NCBI RefSeq assembly: GCF_040938485.1
Contig: NW_027271026.1
Span: 744,001 to 808,000 of the forward strand
DNA length: 64,000 bases
Direction of reading: 5' to 3'
DNA from: Diadema antillarum
Lineage: Eukaryota
Of the stretch, positions 50,141-63,967 are shown one piece after another. A program made the translations under genes and the position numbers. Within the stretch, counting starts at the first letter, position 1. Each line of letters starts with the position of its first letter. The notes under the pieces were generated by a model that saw only the letters and a program-made list of their open reading frames with translations, was not told the origin of the DNA and did not search any database.

Positions 50141-53100
50141 GATGTATGTATCTCATGAATAAATGACAAAATGAATACTAGTAATGAAAAACAGTCCCCA
50201 TGTCTGCGTAGAGTTGCACATAAAACGCGTCGCACATGCAGGCACAGCATGCAGTATGCGCATTATGCATAGCATATGCAGGCTTAGCGCGTGCAAGCTG
50301 TTTGTTTTCACTCCAGTCAACCGGAAGTGACGTGTAGCCGACCGCAAGAATAGGTTCAATGCTTTCGCAGTAAGTATTTGATCTTCCCATCAGAAATAGA
50401 AACAATGAAATGCTTAAGTGAGAGATTATCATTTTGTTGGTATTCATGTTTTCATATTGAATTGACTGCATATTGACCAAGCGTACCTTATAACACTGGC
50501 AACAGTTGTGTGGACATTTATAATGCTGTCCCAACAAAGTTTCAATGTGGTTTCAGCTGATCTGGTTTCGTCCTTTTTNNNNNNNNNNNNNNNNNNNNNN
50601 NNNNNNNNNNNNNNNNNNNNNNNNNNNNNNNNNNNNNNNNNNNNNNNNNNNNNNNNNNNNNNNNNNNNNNNNNNNNNNNNNNNNNNNNNNNNNNNNNNNN
50701 NNNNNNNNNNNNNNNNNNNNNNNNNNGACTGGCCTCTTTTCCCTCGTGATGCGCGTCAACTGGAGCACGTCTGAATAATGCCATACACAGATATATGAAA
50801 ACAGGACAACGAGACTCTCTCTTAGGAAGTATTCAATCTGTGATAGTGTGGTGGACCCCCCCCCCCCACAACAAAAAAAGAGAAAAGAAATATAGAAACT
50901 CCTTCGCGATGAAAGGCCATCATCCAAAGGTGAAGCCGGAAGGGTTTGGATAAGGACGAGAGGTATAAGTAAAAGAACGACAGGGGAAATATACATTACT
51001 GTACCCCCCTTCAGGAGTGCACTTCTTGTCTAATCAACCGATCTTAACGTGCATGCGAGGACACCCCTCTGGGGGACGGCACACATTGCCTCTCTCACAC
51101 ACCCACACACTACCAACGCACACACACACCCACACGCGCGCTCGCACACACACACACAATTAAACAACAAAACAGATTTTTTACAGAGCTTCAGCACGCA
51201 TGCATAGATCTGCACGAATTCATTATAAGACCATGAGGATGGATGCGCCCATCGTCTTCTCTTTCTCATTCTCATTCGACAGTGTATCCGTCTGCCGAAG
51301 AGTATAATTTGCATTTTGCAAATATTTGTACCGAGATAAACTGTAAGGTACAGCAGCTTTGGCTGTCGAGCCTACCGTAAGTGTTTCAAGTGATGATTGA
51401 TATTCAGCTGTATTGATGACTATCATCATTGTTGTTATATTTGCTTAGGAGTGTGTTACAAGATCAATACCAGGCACAAGCTAGTAAAAAATATCAACGC
51501 TTTACATTTGTTGAAAATAGAAGTGCAGAAGCCAGCATAGTCTGCTTTTGTCAAGAGCGTTTTGGAGTATCTATAAACTTATTTTAAAACGAAATGAAAC
51601 TATATATGCATAAAAGAAGCTGCTCTATAAAATATGTATTCATGGGAGAAATTAGAACGAGAATAGAAATACAATACCATATGAAAAATGGAAGAACGTT
51701 GTTGAACCTGTAATGCCCAATTGTGTGTGCATCGTTCTCATTATGTGATATCGGTATACTAGTAATTGTATTATTTTGACTGTGTATTTTTGAATGGAAT
51801 CCTAAATAAATCCTCAGACGAGGCCAAAAAAAAAAATCATTAGTATTGTTATTATTAGTACAAACATTCTTCATTATTGATTGGTCAAATGAATTCAACT
51901 GTTAATCTGCAAGTAATATTCTCTTGCTTTCATGAAAAATTCTGGAATATTCCCCCACTGGCTGTAGGACTTCGAGCTGTTGATGTCAAGTGTAGCAGAA
52001 GGGCGCATGAAGATTTTTTTTTTAATTATATGTTTTATTTCAAACTCACATAAAATCAGGCGCATGAGGATTTTGGCATACAATTCAAATTTTTAACCAT
52101 GGTTTACCTGTGTTTTTGCAGTGGTCATGGTAACGTTTATGTATTGTTCGTGGAATGTTTTGGAGCTTTTTTCCCCGTGAAAGGCTATACTTAGAGTGCG
52201 ATTAGCTGCGCCTCGGCGGACCGCTCACCGGAGATGTCCCGAAGGCGTGCTGCGTCGCCACTAACTTTGGCAACTTCGTTATTAAACAAAACGCATCCGT
52301 TTTGAGTGAAATGGAACTTCTCGCATCTTGAATGCGAAGATAGACCTCAAGAATAAAAGACTTAACGAGATCTCTACCATTTAGGTTCATTTGGAAGATT
52401 TCATCTTATGATTCGAGAATATCGATGTGAAGACAGTAAATCAGAGAAGGGATAAAACTAGGTCCAAAGTTGATATGAAAGAATTAAAGCTTAAGATGAC
52501 GGTCTCCTACATTTTGTTTGTATTAATTCGATTGAATTATCAATGATTTTCCAATTGTTTTTAAATGATTATAACTCACCTATGCCATATTTCATTAATT
52601 GGTAAATTATATGTGATTATATTTAGATTCATTTTGTGTTGGATATAATATGATTAGTACTGGAAAATTTTCTGTTACGTCCTATACACTTTGTGAAAAA
52701 TGCAGAAAATAGAAATAAAATCAAGTAGAAAAAAGATGAGTGCAAGTACTGTTGAAATGTGTTTTTATTTTTATTCAATTCAATTCAATTCAATCTAATT
52801 CTCCATTTCTCAAAATTTATTTTGTTTTGCAAGCATACACAAAACACATTGGTGCGTAGGCCTACCTAGGATGCGTACACACAGAACACAGATATAACAG
52901 ATATTTAGACATACTAGACATATACAACAATATAATATCAAAATCAATGTTAGAGATACATAACATTGGCGGAAATATTGGACTGCATATTAGTCAAAAT
53001 CGCGTTGGGTGTGATTTTCGAGTGTGCATATGTGTATAAGTATGTGTCAAATGAACGAGTTTTAAAAGATATGAGTGAGTGTATTTTTTGTTTAAATGAG

Positions 53101-53261
53101 CGATCGTATAAAAGTAGAAGGTTGTGTTGCGTGTGTGTATACATAATTATTATGTGTGTATGCGTGTGAACAGAAATATAAGTGGGTGTATATATTTTGA
53201 CTAGAGTATATACATCCACATCGCAACCACTGAAACCGAATCGTATGATAAGATATTCATT

Positions 53262-53295
<34 letters not shown>

Positions 53296-54457
53296 TGCGC
53301 GCGCGCGCACGCTGCCAAGAAAGTGTTTTGATGAGTTGCTCATTAACATATTACTTTCCATTAGCTAATAAAGACAATTCATTACAAATCCTATACAAGT
53401 ATGATGACATAACTATGGATAAAAATTTAACGTTTTACTTTTCAGGTTGCATGCAGTCTTGTTTGATTTGCTTATCATTAACTATAAAGACTGCATGGAA
53501 AATCGCGCCATCTGCAACTATATACAGGAACAAAACACAAATATAATCTTTATTTTTCATTTCTGGAAAACATAGGTAGTGGCTTGAATAAAGAACATCA
53601 CATCTCAAGAGGAAATGCATTCATTACTCGAAATAGAGCGACAATAATATGAAGAGTTTCATCTGGGGTACAATACCCTCTCAAGCACTGCCGTTATCGC
53701 GTTCTCTATAACGGTTTCATATCTCAGTTGCTATGTCCACCTTTTAGAATGAAAGAGAGAATACAAAACAAAAAAAAAAACAAATCAGACCGATGGCCCA
53801 ACGAGATAGCTTCGGAACACTTGATGGAACAACACTGGAATGTTGGCTCCTCATATAATATACTCCTAGCACGACACGCACTTTTGTGAGGATTTCTCAG
53901 CAGCTATAGACTTTAATCGCTGACAATAGCACATGAGTTCAGAGACCGCAAAACTATCACCAAGAGTGTTTTTTTTCTGCTTCTTCTTCTTCTTCTTCTT
54001 TTCGAATCGAAATCACGGCGAGTGGTCGGTCGGTCGGTGCTATCCCTGTCATTTTCGAAATGACTTTCATCAGATGGTGAGCAAAACAACACAACACAAA
54101 ACAAAACAAAACAAAACAAAACAAAACAGGAGGAAGAAGAAGAAATTCCTAGGAGGCTGGGCTATTGAAAACACTTCATCTTGCGCCACCTTCTCACAGC
54201 TTCGAAAGTAATGGGGTCTGAGTGAATGATGTCTAAGTGCTCCGTGCAATTCTTCTGGTCAGTGCATCAAAGAGTTTGACCAGGAAGAACCATGAAAGTT
54301 ACATACTGCACAATCTCTCTCCGTTACTCAGATACCCAGACAATCTGATCGGCCGGTTTTCACCGATATCATCCAGAGGTTAAACGGTGAGCTTCGTCAT
54401 AACTTCTATTACGACCCCCTCCCCCATTCTTTTTCTTTTCTTTGCTCCCATCCAGAG

Positions 54458-54701
54458 ACTCTTAAAAAATCCGGGTCAGAACTGACCCGGAACTGGGTCC
54501 GTTGGGGTCACACACCGTTCCGGGTCAAAAATGACTTGGAATTTGGTCATGAAGACCAGGAATGGGGTCACCCTGACCCAATTCATGACTCTGGATGGGG
54601 TCATATCTGACCCCATTCCTTGTCATTTCTGACCAGGAACGGTGTGTGACCCCAACGGACCCAGTTCTGGGTCAGTTCTGACCCGGGTTTCTTTTAGAGT
54701 G
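54458..54701. mobile_element. ~245-bp MITE with CACTCT(A)AAAA-type ends
   Basis: ACTCTTAAAAAATCCGGGTCAGAACTGACCCGGAACTGGGTCCGTTGGGGTCACACACCGTTCC mirrors GGAACGGTGTGTGACCCCAACGGACCCAGTTCTGGGTCAGTTCTGACCCGGGTTTCTTTTAGAGTG (~64-bp arms). Many GGGTCA/TGACCC sub-repeats. Confidence 0.85.
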
Positions 54702-56520
54702 GACAATACATCTCAAGTACACCAGCCAAATACACACGACAAGACCTACACTAACTCATAATAAGTGACACCGTTGTAATGACCTAATAGATGATCATAT
54801 TTTAACCCACTTTAAGCCTGTACAAATGTAGAGTACCCTAATGAGCAGTTTGGATTGCTTCCTTTTTTTTTTTCTTTTTTTTTGTTCGATGCCATGCATG
54901 AAGTGAGTTCTTGGAAGCCTTTCTGCACCGAAATGCGCCAGAAAGATCGATTTTGGCTTGCGTCTTGGTGAAGAAGGGCTTTGTCATACAGGCCTGCCGG
55001 ATTGACTGACATTACTGCCATTACTTCTGCATTCCTCCGAGGAATACAGGGGAAAAAATGGGTGAAAGAAATAACAGTACATCTCCTTCCCTCGTCTCAC
55101 TGCCTTCGGGCTAAAATGAATGGAAAAAGCCAACAAATAGGAGAAAGATTAAAGGGAGTAAATGTTTAATGAGTGAAAAAGAATGAAATGGATCATCTTG
55201 CTCTCTTTCGACTGAGAGAAGGAGCCTGCTTTCAGACTTATATCCTTCAGCCATGTTGCCTTGGCAACCGCAACACGTGGGTGCATAGTCTCAAGTGCGA
55301 GAGAGCCATAAAAACAATGAAAAAAACACAAAGGATCAGCTGTGCTTCATTTAACACATTATAACTAAAGGCGAAGAAACAATTTATGACGAGAACGTCA
55401 AAACTATGGGAATACAAATAGATATAATGGGCAGAAGATGATAATAATGATTATCTGACATCAGTGAATATCGGGGCATTCCTTTTTGAAACATCATTTT
55501 TGACATTTGAGAGATCACAATTATGGTCTCCCAGAATGCATGAATTCTTGTTTCAAATTTCGACCCGAGCAACATAATTTTCCGTAATTGTTATCAAGGG
55601 ACTTACAACAGCATAATAGTTTGTCGTTTGGGCTGTATGATATTATGAGTACTATATTTCTATTTTTGATAATTCCAGATTGATAAGCATTTCCTGTTAT
55701 ACAAAAGCAGATGAATTTCATCCAATTATTTCTTTCGAAATGATCATTATCCTCTTACATTCCCACCTTCCAGCTTAACATTTTGATTTCTCTAGTCAAA
55801 GTTTTGTCCCGACAATATTGTTTGGGTTCTAATTATGCTAAAAACCATCACTCATTTGCTTTTAGAGAAACGTGCTGCAAGATTTATCACGTGTTCTCAC
55901 TATACTTAGCACACACTGAATTTCTTCAATTGGGCAGATAAAACAAATCTAAACTGAAATTTAAAGTGATCTAATCTCAGGGTTTGCGAGCCGGTGAGAA
56001 GTAAAAATTCCCGCACTTTCTCGGGACGTACAGTCACATTAAATAGTATTTAAAAACCACCGGATGGATTATTTATATGTTTATGTATGCAATATGTTCC
56101 CTCCCACGCTGTAGTCATCATGTATATTATTGAAATGTTGTTTTGGGGTCTTTTTTTTTTTTGCACCTCACACTATAGCTCCTATGTATATTTCTAGAGA
56201 TGGCGTCTCTGGTAGGCTCAAAATTAATGAATATGAAAATGTGAAGATAAGTAGTATTAGATTAAAGAAAAATATTTTAAATCAATTCGATTCATTTTAT
56301 ATTCATTTTTTTTTCAACAAAACATACTAGTAACACAGAATAAACCAGGAATTATATGATAGGCATGCATTCGAATGTGCGAAAGATACTACNNNNNNNN
56401 NNNNNNNNNNNNNNNNNNNNNNNNNNNNNNNNNNNNNNNNNNNNNNNNNNNNNNNNNNNNNNNNNNNNNNNNNNNNNNNNNNNNNNNNNNNNNNNNNNNN
56501 NNNNNNNNNNNNNNNNNNNN

Positions 56521-56805
56521 TAGCTTCAGCCTATGCCAACTCGGGTTCCATAAACAAAGTTGCACCTCCAAACCTGTCTATCTAACATGACTGTCCTTAG
56601 TTCATTAATACTACCAAGGCCTGCGTCCTTCTTCAGTACACTGATTAAAGTTGCCTTACTTCTTCCTCTTTTTGCAATTCCCTGTTTGGGCTCCCAGAGT
56701 ACGAGGGAATTGGCAGATTTAAAGCTCAGGGTGTCGCGCACAGTGTCCCGCTAATCTCATCCTTCCCTCACGCACTTTGTCACACAACTTTGGCAATGTA
56801 CCATA
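56521..56805 (-). mobile_element. 5'-truncated RTE-clade non-LTR retrotransposon, C-terminal end of ORF2
   Basis: Translates, with frameshifts, to LYGTLPKLCDKVRE-RMRLAGHCARHPEL-ANSLVLWEPKQGIAKRGRSKATLISVLKKDAGLGSINELRTVMLDRQVWR. This is the typical RTE post-RT tail (AGHC.RH...LVLWEP..G...RGR......L..D.G...EL...M.DR..WR). It runs into the N-gap. Confidence 0.8.
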
Positions 56806-56869
56806 CAAGTCATCATTTCCAAAAAATAACGGCTTGTTTGTGAACAAGTCATCATATTTTAGAAATGAT

Positions 56870-56930
56870 GTTTTCATCATTTAAGTTGTGCAATGTTTTC
56901 ATCATTTAAGTTTTGCAATGTTTTCATCAT
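56870..56930 (+). repeat. 25-bp tandem repeat, ~2.4 copies
   Basis: Unit gttttcatcatttaagtt(g/t)tgcaat. Confidence 0.9.
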
Positions 56931-57679
56931 CATTGCTAAAATGTCAGTTATGGATAGAAACAATCATTTCTAAAGATAAATGATAGTTAACACACAAAAA
57001 AAGATATACACGTATATAACGGCAAAATACGAAGTTGTTTGGAGAATTAAAAAAAAAGAATTGAGAGGTCCATTACAAAGCACGCTTGCATACAAATTGT
57101 GAACCACTTAAAAAGATTCTATGAAAATACTCTATTAGTAATACTTAGCACAAAAATCATTTAAAACAGGAACTAAACAGGAGAAACACAACTACATGAC
57201 ATGACGTGACATGACTGTGGGATATATACAATTGAAAGGAATGGGGCAAAACAAAATAAAAGGAAAGAAAGGAAAGAAAAAAACAGAATGCCTACACGCG
57301 AGAGGAGGACATAGTGTGAATTTCAGGGGTATGTGGCCCACGAGCTTTCTTACGGCCATGTGGCTGAAAAGTTGTCTCTTTTTTTTATAGATCTGATTTA
57401 CTGCAGACCAACTACTACAACCCCATCACCTTAACAAATTGGGGGTTTCATAAAATTATCTAGGATAAGAATTGTTTCCATTCATGCATGACTAAAATGA
57501 ACATGAATCTCTCGAACAACTGGTAACCCTCACCCCCCCCCCAAAAAAAAAAAATCAAGAAGATCAACTAACAAACGTCCAAGAATTCACCAGGCAAAGA
57601 GATGTAAAAATCCTATGGGGATATCACTTATGATTTATAGAAAAAAAGAACCCTCAAGACAAGATGGCAGCTTGATTAA

Positions 57680-58037
57680 AGGCATAATTTACCATTTGTA
57701 GATGAAACAAAAACCCAGCTTTATAGTGCTTTAAAACAGTTCTAAAATGTGAGTTAGGGATAGAAACAACCACTGTAAAAAGTTGAACCCGTATAATCGA
57801 TGTTAAACACACATAATGTGAACAATAGTTATGATAAAAGTGTTTCCAGACTAAACCGTCTACGGTAATGGTTTATTGAGAAAAATACTGATATTTCCTT
57901 ATATATTTAGGCTTTATTGTTAGGATTTTATATTGTAGGATGTTTTGTGATACAACAGACCTACACATTTGTGATATGACAAATGTGATGTCTTTAACAT
58001 TTTTTTAAATCACTGCTCCCAAAAGTAAACAGGACCT
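57680..58037. mobile_element. Kolobok-type MITE (TTAA target duplication)
   Basis: ttaa|AGGCATAATTTACC ... GTAAACAGGACCT|ttaa. AGG..CCT termini with short imperfect inverted ends. Confidence 0.65.
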
Positions 58038-60728
58038 TTAAGACCACAAACGAATTATAAAAAAAAAAACAAGATCGAGGAAGGAAGAGAGATTAGATAG
58101 AGAGAGAGGGGAGTGATATTATGAGTATGTATTATGAAAGAATTAAAGTTGGTCCAGAGGTCGTAAAATGCTGTTGATTATACGAATGGCAGTTTCAGTC
58201 AAAATAGCGTGTAATTCTTCTCACATTTCTGCTGTCCTGAGTAAAGTAGCAGAGAGTCGTGATTTTTTTTTTCAGTACATGCAGGCCTATAAAGTGTCCT
58301 GCATCTGTGTTTATCGTTGCTTTCTGTTTCAATACTGTTCAGTCGGCGCTCTGTGTTTGGCTATCATATCCAAGTGTTACAATAGTAATCATTTTTTCTG
58401 GCTTTCTTCATGCCGCCCTGGGACAAACTACAGCGGTTGTCTTCTCCGATCCAAGTCATCCTGTACCCAAATCCGGTGGAGGATAGGGAGGGGGCGGGAG
58501 CGGAAAGCTGACGCCTGCCGGAGAGATGTTCATAAAGTGTGGAGTGTGATGAGTATTGAAAATGACACTTCTTTCGGTTTTTCTTTAATTTCCCGAAGCC
58601 GTCAGGAGTTTGACGGGGAATAGCGCTAAGAGGGGAACTTTATGAAACATGCCAATATTACGCTTGTTATTACGCTTGGAAAATGATTATGATCTTTGAA
58701 ATGGTTTGTTTGGGAGCAGTGTAAACAAATTAAAGTGAGGAAGTGAAAATGAATATGGGAAGATAACCATAACACCTCAAATTGTCCGTAATGCGTGTTT
58801 GTCTCATCCTTTTGATCAATCTCGTTATTCTAGATTAAGATTCCGGTTTTCTGAGTGTGTGGGGGTGTTGGTGTGTATGTGTGTGTGGGGGGGGGTGTGT
58901 GCAGACGTCACGTATAATCAGTCATATTTCCGTTGTTTATGTCGATCAATTAAGACTGTCTGCATGTGTCATGTTGGAACGCAGAATGGTGGTGGGTAGT
59001 CTTTATGATTCATTGTACGTCCAACGTGAACGACTGTGGCATTATCATTTGACGACATTTTCAAAACTATGCTACCTGGCTCGCGCAACGAGAGGGTGGG
59101 GGAGAAGAAACAGCTTTGATTAGATAAATCATTACACGAGGGAAAACGCGTGAGTGTAAGTTTGAGAATTCTGTTGTAGATTGAGGACAGTACCAGAGGA
59201 AACAAGAATGAAAATGCAATTTAAAATACATCAACTCTTCATAAGCTATTTGATTAAAATTTTCCTCAGACGGAATATAGCAAAGAATCTAGCACAACAA
59301 GCAGATACAGACATAATTTCCGGATGTTATTTGATTTTTATACGAAATGCACTTATAATCCCAAATTATGAATACTATCAAACACGTTATGCAAGCAACG
59401 CTGGAATCTAGAAATGTACTCAGCCAGTGATACGGATTTAAATTCTATCCTGCTGAGATTATCACACTTCAGTTAAGTGTAATCACTGAAATCACAGAGA
59501 CTTCACAGTTAACCAGGTATATGGCGTACTGTAATATAAACTAAATAACGAGAACAAGCTAGTACAGATGTTGACAATGGCCTCAAAGGGGAACCTTATT
59601 CTTACACGCAACGACGACCGATTTCCACCACCAGCAGCAACAACAACAACATTTTTTTTTTGTCAGAGGTAACGATGTCTATAAAAGAAAGAGGCATAAA
59701 TGAAGACGGAACACAATAAAGAATGCAAATCAAAAGGACTTGGAATGTCTCGTAGGATGCTATTATACAATAATGGCGCTCAAAGGTTAATTCGTTTAAA
59801 TTTAAAAAAATAGATGAAAAGGGAAAAAATAGAATTAAGACACACAAAAATATTTCTGCTTGGCATTCCGAAACCAAGGGAAAGTCCATGTGTTACCAGA
59901 CAAGCCACAAACAAGGCACAATAGTGCTCAGTCGAGACCTATAATCGTTGAGCTGCAGTGACCAGATAAGGGTCTTTGACAGAAACACGAGGACTGATAG
60001 CCTAAAGCTGAGGGATGAACTCGTCTCGGGAGGGCTCAGTGATGGGCGGGGCAACAACCGCTCACTGATATGTAATAGGCGAGCAAAGGGGACCGTGCCC
60101 CATCACCTTCTCACCCATACACATACCAGTACCACACACTTTTGTTTTTTTTTCCTTGATATTTATTAATTACATTTCAACCATTCATGAATTAAACCAT
60201 TCTGGTGTAACATGAAAAAAAAAACAATACAAATACAATTCAAAACACAAACAAATCCATTTTTCAATTCATATTGCAAATAATCTCTCTTCAACATGAA
60301 TAACACACACACACACACGCACACGCACGCAAACACACCGCACACACACAAACCATTACAAACACATAGACACACACACAAGCACGCAAACTCACATTTC
60401 ACAAACCTCCTTTATACTGTACTATCATTTTCCCCATCCCGTTGCCGCTCCTTCTTGTTTTCTTCCTTTCGTTCGTTCTTCTTTTTCTTCATCTTATTTC
60501 TATATCTATTCCTCTTTGTTGTTGCTGTTATCTTTGTTGTTGTTGTTATACTTCATGACTAATACTTCATGAATTAACCTCACCCGACATCAGGTTCCTC
60601 AAGGCATAAGCGTCAATCAAAGAGGTGTCTTACCGCTCGTTGTCTCGGGTGAATTCTGCTGGTCAAAGATCAGTGATACTTCGTATGAAAGGACCGTACT
60701 CCTTGTAGGTCAGTTATAAGGTATCAAA

Positions 60729-60865
60729 GGGCATTTCATGAAGCGCTTTGTCAGATTTTTTTTTTTGACAAACTCTGTTATAATCTATTGAAGTCCTTGC
60801 ATCTGATTGGCTGAGAGCAAATTTGTCCGACTAATTTTTCGGACAGAACGCTTCGGGAAATGCCC
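60729..60865. mobile_element. ~137-bp MITE
   Basis: GGGCATTTCATGAAGCGCTTTGTC ... GACAGAACGCTTCGGGAAATGCCC are inverted ends around a central CTGATTGGCTG. Confidence 0.7.
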
Positions 60866-60949
60866 TCCAGATTTGATAAAACAAACTACCGTATAACAAC
60901 AAATCACAATACATTCTTCCCGTTTGCTGTTACTGTTTTGTTGTTTGTT

Positions 60950-60996
<47 letters not shown>

Positions 60997-62441
60997 GTTT
61001 TCAATAACTTTGCTATCCTTCCATGGTGTTGATGAGAGACATATCACAAAACACATTGACATCAATTAACGAATCCTTTCTCACTGTTCTTTTTGTCAAG
61101 ACAGACCATTTACTTGATTTTTCCTGGCGCCATGGAATACGACGAAAGTTAGGCGAAAATTACTGTCGAGCCAAAAAAATATAAACAAGGACTCGCCTGA
61201 CTCCGAGTTGTCACATACTCTATCCGTGCTTATCATCGTGCAAAGTCTTTACCTGAGGGTGAGTCCGTTGTAGAAGTCGTTGTTATTTTAGAACTTCGGC
61301 GATAGTATGACGTATCAAATCTTGGAAAGCAAGATAAAGACAAAAGGAGTCCCATGAGTTGTATTTAACCTGGAGCAATAAGTGCGAACGCGAACACCGT
61401 GATTTTGACATGGCACACTTTAAGCAAAACAGTTATACAGCTTGGCCCTTATTTGCGTATTCCACCTATAGCCCCAGGTAATTTTCTCCTTTCACTGATA
61501 TTGCCCAGCAACTACGTCTTCGTCGTAACTTAATGCCACTTAACACGCTGACGCACAAACGGTACCCATATACATGCATCTTTTTTCTATGTACAAATGA
61601 GCAATCAAATGAATTCAAATCAGATTAGAGCAGTCGGACAAATAATAATGAATACCATCCTTCACTGGCAGGGAAGCAGCGATGAAGAGTAAATTGAATC
61701 TGAACGGGCCGCAAGAACGTTACAAATTTTGGAAACGCTCTCCAATCTACATGACTATAATACATCTTAAACGTTAGGTTTTCAAACTCCTTTTTTTTTA
61801 CAGTATGTACCTAAAAGAAATATTGTGTAGTGGTATTATGACCTTCTAGAATTTACGTTAACGTTTTCCATTTTTCGTGCCCCCGCAAATCATAGTGCCA
61901 TTCAGTGATATAGGCCTACGCAATACCTGACCTGCTTGTGAATAGTTTGCCTAGAATGGTGGTACACACATCACGATAGTGTTACATATTCGTTTTTGTG
62001 CGTGTGTGTTTGTGTATAATATGTAATCACACGAATGAGGTAGAGAAAATAAGCTCTCATTACAAATTGCATAAGTTATTTAAGCAAACATATATATTTG
62101 ATTTTCTGATCCACTCCCACACATCCTTGGAATATAATTTAAGCGAAAGTAGAAAAATAAATCCATGTGGATAGAGTGCATCCTTATGATCTGAAGTAAT
62201 GAATGATTGCAATGCGTTCAATCAACAATGTCCAAACTGTACTGGTACTATACTGAGCATGATGTCTTATCAAAAATACAATCCCGTTACAAAACAAGTT
62301 CACATAATTTCCCGACTCCAAACTTTTTGAAAAGGTACAGATTGCAGGGATTGGCAGGATTATGGTAGACTGAACGTTTGAAATTCGTTGGAATTCCAGA
62401 GCCCGAGTATGTGTTTCAAGTTAATCATGTCACTGCCGGTA

Positions 62442-62620
62442 GCCAGGGATAGCCTGGTGGTAGTGTCGCTGTCCGGAAAGCATCAGTACATGACAGGTTC
62501 GAATCCTATTGTATCCGTTTTCCCACATGTTTGTTAGAAATTGTAAGTAGATCAACAGTTATTCCAGTCGAGGCGATTAAGTCATCATCTCCCAGCTTTT
62601 CTACTGATTTGTACGCAGAA
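62442..62620 (+). mobile_element. tRNA-derived SINE head or tRNA pseudogene (3' extent uncertain)
   Basis: A-box-like TAGCCTGGTGG (62450-62460) and B-box GGTTCGAATCC (62496-62506) at tRNA-like spacing. No convincing acceptor stem, so not a functional tRNA. Confidence 0.6.
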
Positions 62621-63967
62621 ATATACAATGAAAGCATTCTTCTGACAATGATTCAGTAACTATACCCCCTTATGACGTCATGATCGCTAAATCATTACCA
62701 TCAGGGACTGATTTGAAGGGAAAAGATTTCTTCCTCTTGACTTCGTGCGAAGAGGAAACTCATTAAAGGTATGTTCGAAAGCCAGAGGGGCGTGGCGGCC
62801 CTGCTCCTTCTCATTTGCAAACAAAACTGTGATTCTATGTCTCGGGGAAACTTTGACATCTTTTCCTTCATATTATGACTAAATTTTCTGATTTATTCAA
62901 TTGCTCTTTTTTGCTTGAATGTCAACTTTAAAACTTTGTTGAAACTCAGTGGTGTTCAGGTTATTTGTGCATATTACCTGATGTGATGCAGATTAAGATG
63001 CAATCGGATAATCAAACTGATGAAAAAAAAAAGATAACTTACATCCAATAACAGCGAAAAATCACAGACAGCAACAGTATGCTAGTACGATTGGTTCTTT
63101 GGTTTTGCTGTAGTAACGCATCCAGTTAGGTGTCTTACATTGGCATTCCAGACGATTTGCATCATTTCATATCATGTAGTACATAAATTTACAGTGCCAT
63201 GTATAGATTTGTGGAATTCATTGTGGTCCTAAAGAAAAACCTAAAACTTTGTACACTGAACAAGGATGGTGCCATAGGAAGCTTACATATTCCTGTAATA
63301 TTTAGCAATGTAATTCATTACAATACTAGTGTGTGGCTTAACAAGTTCAACCCACATAGAATTCATGCATGGTTTCTTCTTATGTTCTGCATCCTTAAGC
63401 ACTCAATCATGCATTCTTTTGTGAATCTGTTATATAATCATCTTTGTTCATTGTGATTTGTTATGAATTTGAAAACATCCGTATTTATCATCCTGGTATA
63501 ATCACTGTCAATTCTGAAACTCCGCACCCAGTAGAACCAATTTATAGCTGTTCAACAAAATGCAAAAGCCTGGATAATCATCTAGAGATCTGCCTTGAGT
63601 GGGAACGTCAAAATCATTTACGACTTATTTCCTGTTCGGTAATGAATGTCATTTATATCTAGCTGCCGAATCATATGATGTTCAACGAACATAATGAGGT
63701 ATCATGTCATCGCTTGTATCCAATGTCTCGCACATGTCATCCGGGGTTTCTCCTGATACAATCAGACAAGCTGGCACTTGAACAATCCTCATTTCCACCA
63801 CACTTTGTGCTTTAAATATTAGAAGAACACAACACTGAAGTTGTTTTTTTTTAAACAGACAATAAGTTCAAAAGTTAGGAATTCTTATACTTTCGGTGCT
63901 AACATCGCTGGATTAGAAGACTCCAACAATATTAATGATGTTACGGTACGACAACACTGTAAATGAA

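Noticed and set aside
54045-54076. CTGATGA...GAAA on the minus strand
   Set aside because: No stem II pairing and no NUH site; only a local gtcattt/aaatgac hairpin.
5329-56590. ORF-track entries that span N-gaps or microsatellites (poly-X, YIYIYI, CVCVCV, HTHTHT peptides)
   Set aside because: They are open only because Ns and dinucleotide repeats lack stop codons.
58168-58623. 151-aa plus ORF and a minus-strand PPPPYPPP peptide
   Set aside because: No recognisable domain or convincing splice framework; consistent with a GC-rich non-coding patch.
60687-60696. GAAAGGACCG, resembling the LSU rRNA sarcin-ricin loop
   Set aside because: The flanks do not match rRNA; a 10-nt chance hit.
62442-62515. 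Functional tRNA gene
   Set aside because: A and B boxes are present but no acceptor stem or cloverleaf forms, so it is called a SINE head.
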